Below are positions 45,553-55,177 of a stretch of 64,000 nt of DNA, in pieces. Below the pieces are notes generated by a model. It searched no databases. It worked only from the letters and a program-made list of their open reading frames with translations, and was not told where the DNA came from. The DNA comes from a bacterium. Lineage in GTDB: Bacteria; Electryoneota; RPQS01. The position numbers and the translations under genes were made by a program. Where the stretch lies: positions 32,671 through 96,670 of the forward strand of contig JABWCQ010000011.1 of NCBI GenBank assembly GCA_013360195.1, read 5' to 3'. Position 1 is the first letter of the stretch. Each line of letters starts with the position of its first letter.

Positions 45553-46776
45553 CTACTCCGCGCGCAAAGCCTCTATCGGAGAAAGCTGCGCGGCTTTGAG
45601 GCTCGGGTAGAGCCCGAAGAATATTCCGACCACGGCGGAAAAGACGACACCCACAAGCACAATCCACAATGGCATGTAGGTCGGCAAGAAGCTGTTGATT
45701 GCCTGCGAGACGACGGCAGCAAGCGCAACTCCGGCAATACCCCCAATTGCGCATATCACGGCTGACTCGATAAGAAACTGCCACGCGATGTTCCAGCGTT
45801 TCGCACCGAGTGCCTTGCGCAGCCCGATTTCGGCCGTTCGTTCCGTGACGGACACCAGCATGATATTCATAATACCGATGCCGCCGACAATCAGCGAGAT
45901 AAAACCAATAATGATTCCGCCTGCATACACACCGGCCGTCATGGCGTTAAACTGTTCGAGTATGGCGGACTGTGTGTTCAATCCGAAATCGTTAGCTTCC
46001 CAGGGCTCAAGATGACGGAGCCTGCGCATGATTCCCGTAATTTCCCACTGAAGTTCTTCAATACGATCCTCACCGTGTCCTTTTGCCACAATTGTCAAGC
46101 CGTCAAAATTGCGCCCGGCGAATCGCTTCTGAAACACGCCGTATGGAATCACGCAGAAGTTGTCCCAGCTCTGACCAAACACCTTGCCGTATTTCGTCGT
46201 GACCCCGATTACTTCAAAGTTCCATGCGCCGATCTTCAGTTCCTTGCCAATTGGAGACTGGTCGGGGAAAAGCTGACGGGCGATGTCCGGGCCGATCACG
46301 GTAACGTTGGCGTTGCGCCTGACTTCCTGAGCGGTGAAAATCCTGCCCTCGGCAAGTTCCTTGGGGTTCGTCAGGAAAAATTCTTCGGAGACGCCCTGAA
46401 CGTTAACGCGCGAAAGCTGTGCGCCGCGATAGGAGACGGTCATGTGCTGGTCGAAGAACGGTGAAATTGCTTCGATTTCACGCGACTCCTTGCGCAACTC
46501 GTCGATGTATTCCAGCTCCATGTCCCGCCGCTTCAGCATGTCGCGCCAATCGTTGCTCTGCCAATCCCAACGGGAAATGAACACTGTTTCGGCGCCAAGG
46601 AAGTCCAACTGACTCTTGAGGGCCTTATTCAGACCCATCACGATCACGACCATCATGATAACCGTCATAACGCCAATGACAATTCCGAGTGTCGTAAGAC
46701 CCGCGCGCAATTTATTCGCGCGGAGAGCTCCAAAGGCTATCCTCAGACCGTTGATGACGTCGGTTAAAAATCGCAT
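45553..46776 (-). CDS. ABC transporter permease, MacB/FtsX type (paralogue)
   Basis: 407-aa ORF with the same architecture (TERTAEIGLRKALGAKRWNIAWQFLIES). It ends 3 nt upstream of its paralogue. Confidence 0.85.
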   Translation of the reverse strand: MRFLTDVINGLRIAFGALRANKLRAGLTTLGIVIGVMTVIMMVVIVMGLNKALKSQLDFLGAETVFISRWDWQSNDWRDMLKRRDMELEYIDELRKESREIEAISPFFDQHMTVSYRGAQLSRVNVQGVSEEFFLTNPKELAEGRIFTAQEVRRNANVTVIGPDIARQLFPDQSPIGKELKIGAWNFEVIGVTTKYGKVFGQSWDNFCVIPYGVFQKRFAGRNFDGLTIVAKGHGEDRIEELQWEITGIMRRLRHLEPWEANDFGLNTQSAILEQFNAMTAGVYAGGIIIGFISLIVGGIGIMNIMLVSVTERTAEIGLRKALGAKRWNIAWQFLIESAVICAIGGIAGVALAAVVSQAINSFLPTYMPLWIVLVGVVFSAVVGIFFGLYPSLKAAQLSPIEALRAE

Positions 46777-46791
46777 GAGACCGTGCTCCGG

Positions 46792-47496
46792 TCAGGCCGC
46801 GCGGCTGACGATTTGGTCGGACTCGATGAGACCGTCGCGCAGTCTCACAATCCGGCGCGCATGACGGGCGATATCCTCTTCGTGCGTGACGAGAATGATC
46901 GTGTTGCCGTTCTCGTAAATCTTCTCGAACAGCTGCATGATTTCATCACCAGTTTTCGAGTCGAGGTTTCCGGTGGGTTCGTCGGCAAGAATTATGGAGG
47001 GATTGGTGACAAGCGCGCGTGCAATGGCCACTCGCTGCCGCTGGCCGCCCGACATTTCATTCGGTTTGTGCTTCATTCTGTCGCCCAGACCTACGGCCTC
47101 CAGCGCCTCCTTCGCGCGCCGGCGCCGTTCCGAGGGGGATTCACCTGCATAGACGAGAGGGAGTTCCACGTTTTGCAGCGCCGACGCGCGAGGGAGGAGG
47201 TTGAAGGTCTGGAAAACAAATCCAATGCGGCGATTGCGAATCTCGGCAAGCTGCCGGTCGGAAAGGTGTGCCACGCGCTCGCCGGCAAGGATGTACTCGC
47301 CGGACGTCGGTGTATCAAGGCAGCCGATCAGGTTCATCAACGTAGATTTGCCGGAACCGGACGGACCCATGATGGCCACGTAGTCGTTCTCTCGGATGTT
47401 CACGTTGACTCCGCGCAGTGCTTCGACTTTTATAGTGCCCAGGTCGTACACCTTGCGCAGGTCCTGAATGTCAATTATCGAGCGGCGTTCAGCCAT
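46792..47496 (-). CDS. ABC transporter ATP-binding protein (MacB/LolD-like)
   Basis: Walker [11 protein letters not shown]-loop, signature [15 protein letters not shown] and Walker [12 protein letters not shown]. Confidence 0.92.
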   Translation of the reverse strand: MAERRSIIDIQDLRKVYDLGTIKVEALRGVNVNIRENDYVAIMGPSGSGKSTLMNLIGCLDTPTSGEYILAGERVAHLSDRQLAEIRNRRIGFVFQTFNLLPRASALQNVELPLVYAGESPSERRRRAKEALEAVGLGDRMKHKPNEMSGGQRQRVAIARALVTNPSIILADEPTGNLDSKTGDEIMQLFEKIYENGNTIILVTHEEDIARHARRIVRLRDGLIESDQIVSRAA

Positions 47497-47541
47497 ATAA
47501 CTAGACCGTAAAATGCTTGATTGGTTGCGGGACGCGGGCGA

Positions 47542-48831
47542 TTAGCCCTGCTCTTTCTCGTCTTTTTTGTCCTTCTTCTCTTCGAGCGCGACTTTGTCCT
47601 GGTCCTTCATGTCGCGGGCAAGACTGCGATACGGACCCGTGATTATCGAGTCGCCGTCGGATATACCGGACAACACTTCGATAAACCTGTCCGCGGCAAC
47701 TCCGGTCTTGACGGGCGTCCACGTGGCAACTCCGTTAACAAAGCGGAAGACTCCTGTCTCAAGTTCATCCGATGCGGCAATCTTCGTTGTATCTATCGTT
47801 CCCGCACGAACCTGCTCCGCCATCTGACGGGAAGAGAGCTCCTCTTTTTCGCGCGTGAGCGTTACCGCCTCGCCTTCCCCCTTTTTGCGCACGGCAACGG
47901 ATTGAATCGGCACTGCCAGAGCGTTATTCCGATAGTCCGTTTCGATGTCCACAGTTGAGGACATGCCGGGGCGAATACCGGGAACTTGATCAATCAGCAC
48001 GACGCTGACCTCAAAATTCGTGGCCGAAACCTCCGCACCGAAATCACCGGAGCCGGTGATATTGCTGGCCGATTGGGCAATTTCGCGCACCAGCCCGCGA
48101 AAGGTCGTATCCGGAAATGCGTCAATCTCGATGCGGGCGGTGTCATTCATAGACACGTTGACGATGTCATTCTCGTCCACATTAGCTTTTACTTCCATGA
48201 CGCTCAAGTCGGCAACTATCAGAATCACGTCTTCCTGAAACTGGGAGCCAAGCGTCAGCTCGCCAACTTCCTTATTAAGAACAGAAATCGTTCCCGACAT
48301 CGGAGCATTCAGTCGCGTTTTGCTCAGATTCTCCCGTGATTGACGCTCGTTCGCCTGAGCACGCTCAAGGTCCGCTTCGGCAAGCTGAGCGGCCGCAAGC
48401 ATGGCGTCAAGGTCCGCCTGCGAAGACATCCCGCGAGACACAAGCTCGGACACTCGCTTATAGTCAGCGTCGGCCTTCAGCTTGCTCGCCTGCGCGGATT
48501 TCAGCGCTGACTTGGCGGCATCAAGCGCTGAGATATAGGTTTCAGGGTCGAGTTCAACGAGAAAGTCTCCTTGCTGAACAACATCGCCTTCCTTGACGGC
48601 AAGCTTGATGATGCGGCCGGGAATTTCGGCGGAGACCTTGACCTGAGTAACCGGCTCTATCTTACCTTCTGCCGATACAGTGGCAACAAGCTGCCGGTAC
48701 GCGGACGTCTCGACCGTTACCTGTGTCGCGGGCTTTTCCTTGTTCTTGTTCTGCTGATAGGCAGCGACGCCACCGACAACCACCAAGACTGCGATGACGA
48801 TCCAGAGAATTTTCTTAGATTTTCTTGACAT
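47542..48831 (-). CDS. Efflux transporter periplasmic adaptor (HlyD/MacA family membrane fusion protein) with K/E/D-rich tail
   Basis: 429-aa ORF with an N-terminal anchor, a lipoyl-like half (VKEGDVVQQGDFLVELD), a long alpha-hairpin and a beta-barrel domain. It is the first gene of the ABC operon. Confidence 0.85.
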   Translation of the reverse strand: MSRKSKKILWIVIAVLVVVGGVAAYQQNKNKEKPATQVTVETSAYRQLVATVSAEGKIEPVTQVKVSAEIPGRIIKLAVKEGDVVQQGDFLVELDPETYISALDAAKSALKSAQASKLKADADYKRVSELVSRGMSSQADLDAMLAAAQLAEADLERAQANERQSRENLSKTRLNAPMSGTISVLNKEVGELTLGSQFQEDVILIVADLSVMEVKANVDENDIVNVSMNDTARIEIDAFPDTTFRGLVREIAQSASNITGSGDFGAEVSATNFEVSVVLIDQVPGIRPGMSSTVDIETDYRNNALAVPIQSVAVRKKGEGEAVTLTREKEELSSRQMAEQVRAGTIDTTKIAASDELETGVFRFVNGVATWTPVKTGVAADRFIEVLSGISDGDSIITGPYRSLARDMKDQDKVALEEKKDKKDEKEQG

Positions 48832-49023
48832 GTTTTAACCAATTACTCATCAAGTTCAAGTGTGCGGCCAGCTTTGCTGGACGCATTTCCGGCCACCCCG
48901 GCGGCCTTGTTATGTAGGAGAGACCTACCCTGCGAAATGTTGCATAGTAGCTTCACCGGGTGGTCCCAAGCTTGCACATACTCTGCGAGTTAAGTGGAAA
49001 AGCATGAAAAAAGGAGCCATCGC

Positions 49024-51600
49024 ATGACCCCTGCCAAGCCCACGCCTGGCGCTGAACTCGTGGAACCGTTGCGCCAATTCTTAGAGTCTTTCACGCAAGA
49101 GCTTACAGAACAACAGTTTATACCTGCGTTTCGAGGTGAACTGGGCAAGCTCGCGGAGGGTCTCGATAATATACAGCAGTCCGGCGAAACCTTGCAACAG
49201 ATTGCGAAGGGCGTCGAAAGACTGCGGGAAGTGTTTGCCCCGGCGGGCACCCGAATGCTTGAAGGGGTCAAGGATATCGAGGAGCAACTCAAGTCCGGTG
49301 GTGAACAAATGCGCGCCCGAGCCGAAGAGGTGCTCGGACAACTCGCCGCAACACATCGCGAACTTGATCAAGCACTGCGGGCTGAAGCGGGACTGCTGGG
49401 AGAGCAGACTTCCACCAGCCGCGACGCCTTAACGCGCATTTCCGGGGAGATTGACGAACAGTTGCGCAGTTTCTCCTCCAAGCTCGACAACTTGTGTCGC
49501 AAGGCCGAACAGGAAATCCATCAGCTCAGTCAGCTCTCCGCCCGCGCTATCGAGCAGCAGGCGACGTCAGTCGCCGCAACATCCGAGACCGTTCAAATGC
49601 CGGCGACGGCATTCCCCAACCCTGCCGAACTATCGGAGTTGATGAGCCGCACTGAGTCCACGGTATCCGAAGAACTGGCGCGGCACTCACAGCAGTTGAG
49701 GGAACTGCTTTCCAACAACACACGCGATCACAATGAACGGCTGGCACGCATTGACAAGACCATTGACGACGCTCTCCGTGCCGTTGCACCCAAAGTGCAG
49801 TCTGAGCTTGACAGCGCGCTGCAGCGGCTGCGTGATCAAATGGATGCGATGGTCAGAGTTGAGCGAGAGGTCATTCAGCAGCAGCAGGAGCATAATGCGC
49901 GGCAACAGGAAGAGAACGCGCAGCCGGCGCCTGCTCCGGTCATTGATTCGTCCGCGTTTGTCTCAGCGTTGGGCGGTATCGAGAACCGTGTGCTGCGCGA
50001 GTTCGACGAATTGCGCAAAGCCAGTGTCAATGAGCTGAATGAAATCCAGAAAAGTCTGGCGGACTTCGCTCTCGATCTTGCGGACATCACTGAAAAACAA
50101 ACTGAGCGTGTTCAAAACGAACAGCAGTCGGTCAAAGAGCTGCTCGTCCGGCTCGAGCGATTGAGTAAAGAACGCTCGACGACGCTTGCATACATCACCA
50201 AGCAGGTCGGTGAAAACAGACAACAGTTCGATCAGCTCGTCACGCAGAGCGCGCAGACCACAAATCAGGTCGTGCAGCACTTCAATACGTCGCTCGAACA
50301 GATAAATTCACAGAGCCAGCAGCTGCATCAGCTTGCCGACAATGCCGACGCGTGGTTCAACAAGCTGACATCGCTTCTCAATCACACGGAAGAGCAAATC
50401 GGACGGCTGCTTGATCAACAGAACAACGAGTCGCGTCTGGTGCGTGAACGCATTGACGCCGGAGTCGCGGATCTCCGGGGACGTTACGACGGGCGGTTTG
50501 ATCAACTTGTGCAGCGCAGCGAAGAGATCGCAGGAAGATTGGGAAGCGATTTTCAGGGACATCTCGAATCTCTGAAACATGAGGTTGAGAACCGATTGCA
50601 CCAGATGAGCGAAGCTTTGAACGCGGATTTGCAGCGGTACGAGACTGTGATCCGTGAACAGAGCAAGCAGCAGGAAGCGTCGGCTCATGATCTCGCCAGC
50701 GAGGTATCCCGTGCGGCGAATCTGATTGACGAGAAACTCTCGGGCTTCGAATCAAAACGTGAGGAGAATGAACGATTCACGCGCGCCATCGAAGGTCACG
50801 TCAAAGTCGTCGCAACCGAAGTCAGTGCGCTGCGTTCCAAACAGCAGGAGCAACTGGAGGTCCTGAAGGAGGCGATTCGCGCCAATTATGACGATAATGC
50901 CGCCCGACTGAAAGAGGTCATTGACGGCGCGTACGACCAATTCCTTGAACAGATTCGCACAGTTCCGCAGGCGCTCGAACGCTACTCGAAATTCGTCGAG
51001 ACAATGCACCAGAGTAACCAGCTCGCTTTGCAGGGCATCTCCGGTGACACGACGAATCTCCTGACTATCGCGCAGGACATCAAGAGTGAGACGGAGACAC
51101 AGAAGAAGTTCTTCCCGCTGCTGAATAAAATGATGGAAAAGCACTCGCAGGTTCTTGAAGCAGTGCGCCGTTCGCAGTCGGATCATGATAAGAATTTCGC
51201 CCACGCGGCGAAGTTTGACAAGGATTTCCACGAAGAATTCGGAAAGACACTGGCCGATTTGAAAGGCGAACTGCGCCGCGTTGAAGGAGCGGAGCAGTCC
51301 AAGCTTGCCGAACTGACACAGATGCACATGTCGACCTACTCGGAGCTCGAGAATCTGCAGCGCAATGACTTGCCTGCCTTCAGGCGAGAGGTCATACAGC
51401 TCATTCAGTCCAAATTTGAGTTCATCGAAAATACTCAGGCCGAACGGCAGACCGCCATGCGTGCCGAGATGGCGGCGAGACTTGACGCACAGGAAACCGC
51501 TGCGCAAAAGCATTTCAAACAGCTTGTCTGGCTTGTGGCAGGTGCCGCGCTGCTGCAAATCGCTCTGCAAACCAATCTACTGGCCTTAATCGGCTTCTAA
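49024..51600 (+). CDS. 858-aa tail-anchored coiled-coil protein, no recognisable family
   Basis: ATG 49024 has AAGGAG 7 nt upstream; the track start GTG 48994 has none. There is no signal peptide. The protein is Q/E/L/A/R-rich and helical throughout, with one C-terminal hydrophobic segment, LVWLVAGAALLQIALQTNLLALIGF. Confidence 0.7.
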   Translation: MTPAKPTPGAELVEPLRQFLESFTQELTEQQFIPAFRGELGKLAEGLDNIQQSGETLQQIAKGVERLREVFAPAGTRMLEGVKDIEEQLKSGGEQMRARAEEVLGQLAATHRELDQALRAEAGLLGEQTSTSRDALTRISGEIDEQLRSFSSKLDNLCRKAEQEIHQLSQLSARAIEQQATSVAATSETVQMPATAFPNPAELSELMSRTESTVSEELARHSQQLRELLSNNTRDHNERLARIDKTIDDALRAVAPKVQSELDSALQRLRDQMDAMVRVEREVIQQQQEHNARQQEENAQPAPAPVIDSSAFVSALGGIENRVLREFDELRKASVNELNEIQKSLADFALDLADITEKQTERVQNEQQSVKELLVRLERLSKERSTTLAYITKQVGENRQQFDQLVTQSAQTTNQVVQHFNTSLEQINSQSQQLHQLADNADAWFNKLTSLLNHTEEQIGRLLDQQNNESRLVRERIDAGVADLRGRYDGRFDQLVQRSEEIAGRLGSDFQGHLESLKHEVENRLHQMSEALNADLQRYETVIREQSKQQEASAHDLASEVSRAANLIDEKLSGFESKREENERFTRAIEGHVKVVATEVSALRSKQQEQLEVLKEAIRANYDDNAARLKEVIDGAYDQFLEQIRTVPQALERYSKFVETMHQSNQLALQGISGDTTNLLTIAQDIKSETETQKKFFPLLNKMMEKHSQVLEAVRRSQSDHDKNFAHAAKFDKDFHEEFGKTLADLKGELRRVEGAEQSKLAELTQMHMSTYSELENLQRNDLPAFRREVIQLIQSKFEFIENTQAERQTAMRAEMAARLDAQETAAQKHFKQLVWLVAGAALLQIALQTNLLALIGF

Positions 51601-51613
51601 GCGGAGCGACCCA

Positions 51614-53167
51614 ATGCCTGAACGATTTCAGAAATCCGCCTCCGATGCCGTCGCGTTCATGTCCGGTATTCTCGGCTTGTCCGAGCATGACAGCAGCCGA
51701 ATCGCGTCACCGCAGATGCTCGAAATGCTCACCCTCTGTCGTGAAACCGGATTGCGATTGCCGACTCTCGAAGTTTTCAGCAAAGTGTGCGACAATGGTC
51801 TTGCTGTAACCCTGCTCGGCGGCGACGCGGAGTTGGCGAAGAACTTAGCGCGCTGCGTCGGACTTACAGCCGATTTGCAGGACATTCCGGAAACACCGCT
51901 CATCTGGTGGATTGAATCCGCACGCTCCACCCGGACCGTCGTCGAGTTCGGCGCCACCGAACGCGAGTTATCAGAGACAGCTCTCAACGCCCTGTTATCC
52001 ACCGCATTGCCTCCCGACCGCGTCACCGTCGTACGGCGGAAAGTCGAATCAGATTCGGAGTGGCGATTCGCGTGGCTCCCGGATATCGACTCGCTTGTCA
52101 ATCATGCCGCATGGCCGGCCGTCTTGGAAACCTTCATCGGCGCGCAGGTGATGATTGCGATTCGTGATGAACTCCCCGCAGCATTTCAATCCTGGTTCTC
52201 ACGTCCCGGAATGATTGCCCGACAATACTCGGCTACGGAGATTGTGCGCGACGACGTGAGACCGGTTCTCTTCAGCGAATTGTGCGCCATGCGCGAGCAG
52301 TCCTTCGCAGAACGGGAGGCGATGATCGCCGCAACATGGAGCTATCTGATTCCAAAGTTAGTGGACCAGCTTGACGCCCTGCGGCAACAGAATACGATTG
52401 AAATTGACCGTCAGAACATGAAGCTGCAGTTGACGCGACAGACTCTGGGGGAGTACCGCCGCAACTGGAGCAACGGTATCCGAAACCTGCTTGACGACTT
52501 CTTCAACAAGAAGAACTCCGGCACCGCCATGTCCGCCTTGATTGATCCGAGGCAGCCCGGCCCGCAGCCGGGCACATATCTGCAAGCTTTGGCACTTCCT
52601 TCGCTGTGGAAGCAATTGTCGGAGCTCATGAATGAACGACTTGGCGAGTTTGTGCAGGGACTCGGCGCGCTGGCAATTCGCGTGGAATTGCGCAGCATCT
52701 CGCTGAAGGATTTTGACATGAAGTGGAATCCCTCCTCAATCGCGCAATCCCTCGAAGAAGAGCTGCTGTCGCGGCGGGTTTTCAGTGAAGGGGGAGGCGC
52801 GCGCGCGGGAATCGTCGGAGCCTTGATCGGAAAAAGTGAAGAGATTGCGGGACTGCGCCGCGGTCAAATCGTGCGCGCGAACAAGACAGTGCAGCAGCAA
52901 ATCGAACAGGATTTTCTCGAATGGGCGGACAGGTTGTTTCACTCCATCGAACAGCGGGTGCGCGTCCAAATCGCGGCATCTCAGGCCAATCAGGGCTTGC
53001 CTGATATTGAAACACTGCGCACAAGCCTCACCGGAATCGATCGTCTGACCGCTATGCTGGAAGGAAACCGCGAAGGCGCCCGCGAAGAACCGGTTCGCCG
53101 AGTCGCGCAATTGCTCCGGTCGTGGAGTCAAAGACGGTGGATTAGACGATATCTGCCGGCTGCATAG
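51614..53167 (+). CDS. Hypothetical protein; N-terminal region resembles a bacterial dynamin-like G domain with degenerate G1/G3 motifs
   Basis: 517-aa ORF starting 13 nt after the coiled-coil gene. LAVTLLGGDAELAKNLARCVGL, RFAWLPDIDSL and AQVMIAIRD lie in the positions of the P-loop, DTPG and post-G3 strand. A long helical C-terminal part follows. Assignment is by eye only. Confidence 0.45.
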   Translation: MPERFQKSASDAVAFMSGILGLSEHDSSRIASPQMLEMLTLCRETGLRLPTLEVFSKVCDNGLAVTLLGGDAELAKNLARCVGLTADLQDIPETPLIWWIESARSTRTVVEFGATERELSETALNALLSTALPPDRVTVVRRKVESDSEWRFAWLPDIDSLVNHAAWPAVLETFIGAQVMIAIRDELPAAFQSWFSRPGMIARQYSATEIVRDDVRPVLFSELCAMREQSFAEREAMIAATWSYLIPKLVDQLDALRQQNTIEIDRQNMKLQLTRQTLGEYRRNWSNGIRNLLDDFFNKKNSGTAMSALIDPRQPGPQPGTYLQALALPSLWKQLSELMNERLGEFVQGLGALAIRVELRSISLKDFDMKWNPSSIAQSLEEELLSRRVFSEGGGARAGIVGALIGKSEEIAGLRRGQIVRANKTVQQQIEQDFLEWADRLFHSIEQRVRVQIAASQANQGLPDIETLRTSLTGIDRLTAMLEGNREGAREEPVRRVAQLLRSWSQRRWIRRYLPAA

Positions 53168-53191
53168 TCCTCCGATTTTCCTTATTTCCTG

Positions 53192-53220
53192 AACGGCTCG
53201 CCTGATTGGCGGGCCGTTTT
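53192..53220 (+). terminator. Intrinsic terminator closing the two-gene operon
   Basis: AACGGCTCGCC (53192-53202), TGATT loop, GGCGGGCCGTT (53208-53218). The stem has one G-U pair and is followed by TTTACTTG. Confidence 0.65.
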
Positions 53221-53272
53221 ACTTGTCTCCGCCTTGCTTTTCCGCTTGTTTTTTGCCTAATTTCAAGATTAC

Positions 53273-55177
53273 ATGCGTAATCTGACCCGACATATCGCAC
53301 GGACAGCCGCTCTTGCCGCACTGCTGCATGTGTTTTCAGCACATGCTCAGTTCACTCTTCAAGAATATGAGTCCTGGCAAAGATATACCGGCTGGCCAAT
53401 TCGAGTGGTCGAATTCCCCGGTGTTGACGCTTTCGCCCGTGCGGACGTGCTGGAAGTTATGGCGACGGAAAAGCCGACGTGGCTCCGCCGCTACTTGCCT
53501 CTGGGGTCTCGCACAACGTTCTATGCGGAAGACTTCGCCGCCGATCTGATTCGAGTGCGGAATTTCTATGCACGGGAAGGATTTCCCAATGCCATCGTGA
53601 CTGGAAAGGTCATTCCGCGCGAAGACAAGGAAGATTTAAGGCTGGTCGTGCAAATCGATGAGGGGAATCCGCTGATTCTCAGACAGTGGAGCCTCCGCCA
53701 AACCGAGGGCTCAAATGCCGGTGTGGACTCCGCCAGATGGTCGGAGCGGTTGCCCATCCGCATTGGCAAGCGGTTATCCCAAACAGATCTTCAACTTGCC
53801 GCCGACACGCTGCGCTACAAATTGCGATTGATTGGCCATGCGCGTGCCGAAGTGAGTTTTGACACCCTGAATGTCATGAATGACTCGGTCGATGTCGTGT
53901 TTCTGCTCGACAGCGGGCCGTTCTGCCGCTTCGGTCAAACTCGAATCACCGGACTGAAGCAAGTTTCTGAGGAAACGGCGCGACGGGAAATCGCATATAA
54001 GGAGTATGCGCCCTACACTCCGCTGCTGCTCGATGAAACGCGGAAGCGGCTGTTGCGGCTTGAAACGTTTCGGATGGTGCGCGCCGACGTGGACTTGAAA
54101 CAGGAATCAGATACCCTCGACGTCCTCATCCGCACGGAAGAGGGGAATCGCTATATCGTTCGAACCGGTGCGGGATATGACACCGAAGAAGGCGTGCATA
54201 TTTCCGGCGAACTGAGTGATTTGAATTTTTTCGGCAGAGCTCGCCGATTCACTCTGGAAACCGGCGTCTCCAATCTCATCAGTGATCCGCAGCGGCTGGA
54301 CACAGCCGGGCTGTTCAACGACACAAAAGAGATCGACCGCAAGGTCGGCTTCACACTTTTTTGGCCGCACACGCCGCTTGACGCCACCGATATCACCATC
54401 GCGCCGTCATGGGAGTACGAGTACAACGTCGGAACCATTGTCACCACTACTTCTGCGAATACAAGCGTCTCATCATCACCTTTGCCAAAGGTCGCCGTTT
54501 CTCTCTCCAACGAATTCGGACGGCAGGATGTGCGGATTGATTCAGTGGACAGCGAAGGACGTGTCAGCACCATCTCCATCGAGAGTTTCGCCTTCGGATG
54601 GGACACGCGCGACAATCCGCTCGTTCCCCGGCGCGGACAGGTTGTAAGTCTATCGCTCGCGGAGTCAGGGCTGTTGTGGAAGCTTGATGACCGCTGGTGG
54701 CGGGCAACAGTCGGAGGAAGACTCCTCATCCCGGCCAATCGATTTACGGTGTTTGCCATGCGCAGCGAAGTGGGATTTATGGGAACTCTTCACGAATCCA
54801 CGCAAACTCCCGTTCAGGAGCGCTTCAGGCTCGGCGGTGTTTCAAACATTCGCGGCTGGGGAAGAAACCTCATCGGGCCGCGTGCCGCTGAAGACGACAA
54901 GCTTGTGCTCGGCGGCAATCATTCGCTGTTCGGGACTCTCGAAGTGCAGCGTGAAGTCTGGGGTCCAATGGCGATGATTCTGTTCGCGGACGCCGGCAAC
55001 GTGTGGCCGGAAGCCAAGAACGCGCGGTTGGACGACTTGTATACCGCTGCAGGACTTGGACTGCGCTTTCTCACACTCATCGGGCCGATACGTGCCGACT
55101 TCGGCTATCAATTGCGCCAAAATGAGTTTGGCGAGCGGCCGTGGGCTATTCATATTCTCCTGGGGTCGGCATTCTAA
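53273..55177 (+). CDS. Omp85 family outer-membrane protein, TamA/BamA-like (POTRA domains + surface antigen D15 barrel)
   Basis: 634-aa ORF with signal peptide ...HVFSAHAQ. It has POTRA-like repeats (IRVVEFPGVDAF..., RLVVQIDEGNPL..., VVFLLDSGPFCRFG...). The barrel contains RFRLGGVSNIRGW and ends in the beta-signal ...HILLGSAF. Confidence 0.8.
   Translation: MRNLTRHIARTAALAALLHVFSAHAQFTLQEYESWQRYTGWPIRVVEFPGVDAFARADVLEVMATEKPTWLRRYLPLGSRTTFYAEDFAADLIRVRNFYAREGFPNAIVTGKVIPREDKEDLRLVVQIDEGNPLILRQWSLRQTEGSNAGVDSARWSERLPIRIGKRLSQTDLQLAADTLRYKLRLIGHARAEVSFDTLNVMNDSVDVVFLLDSGPFCRFGQTRITGLKQVSEETARREIAYKEYAPYTPLLLDETRKRLLRLETFRMVRADVDLKQESDTLDVLIRTEEGNRYIVRTGAGYDTEEGVHISGELSDLNFFGRARRFTLETGVSNLISDPQRLDTAGLFNDTKEIDRKVGFTLFWPHTPLDATDITIAPSWEYEYNVGTIVTTTSANTSVSSSPLPKVAVSLSNEFGRQDVRIDSVDSEGRVSTISIESFAFGWDTRDNPLVPRRGQVVSLSLAESGLLWKLDDRWWRATVGGRLLIPANRFTVFAMRSEVGFMGTLHESTQTPVQERFRLGGVSNIRGWGRNLIGPRAAEDDKLVLGGNHSLFGTLEVQREVWGPMAMILFADAGNVWPEAKNARLDDLYTAAGLGLRFLTLIGPIRADFGYQLRQNEFGERPWAIHILLGSAF

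Noticed and set aside
46783-47511. 242-aa plus-strand ORF
   Set aside because: It is exactly antisense to the ABC ATPase gene, which has perfect Walker A, signature and Walker B motifs.
49081-51570. Many minus-strand ORFs inside the coiled-coil gene (for example 50752..51570 at 272 aa, and 50308..50688)
   Set aside because: The sense strand is dominated by GAA/CAG/CTG/GCN codons. Their complements rarely form stops, so long antisense ORFs arise by composition. None has a start context, and the sense ORF has a strong RBS and a terminator.
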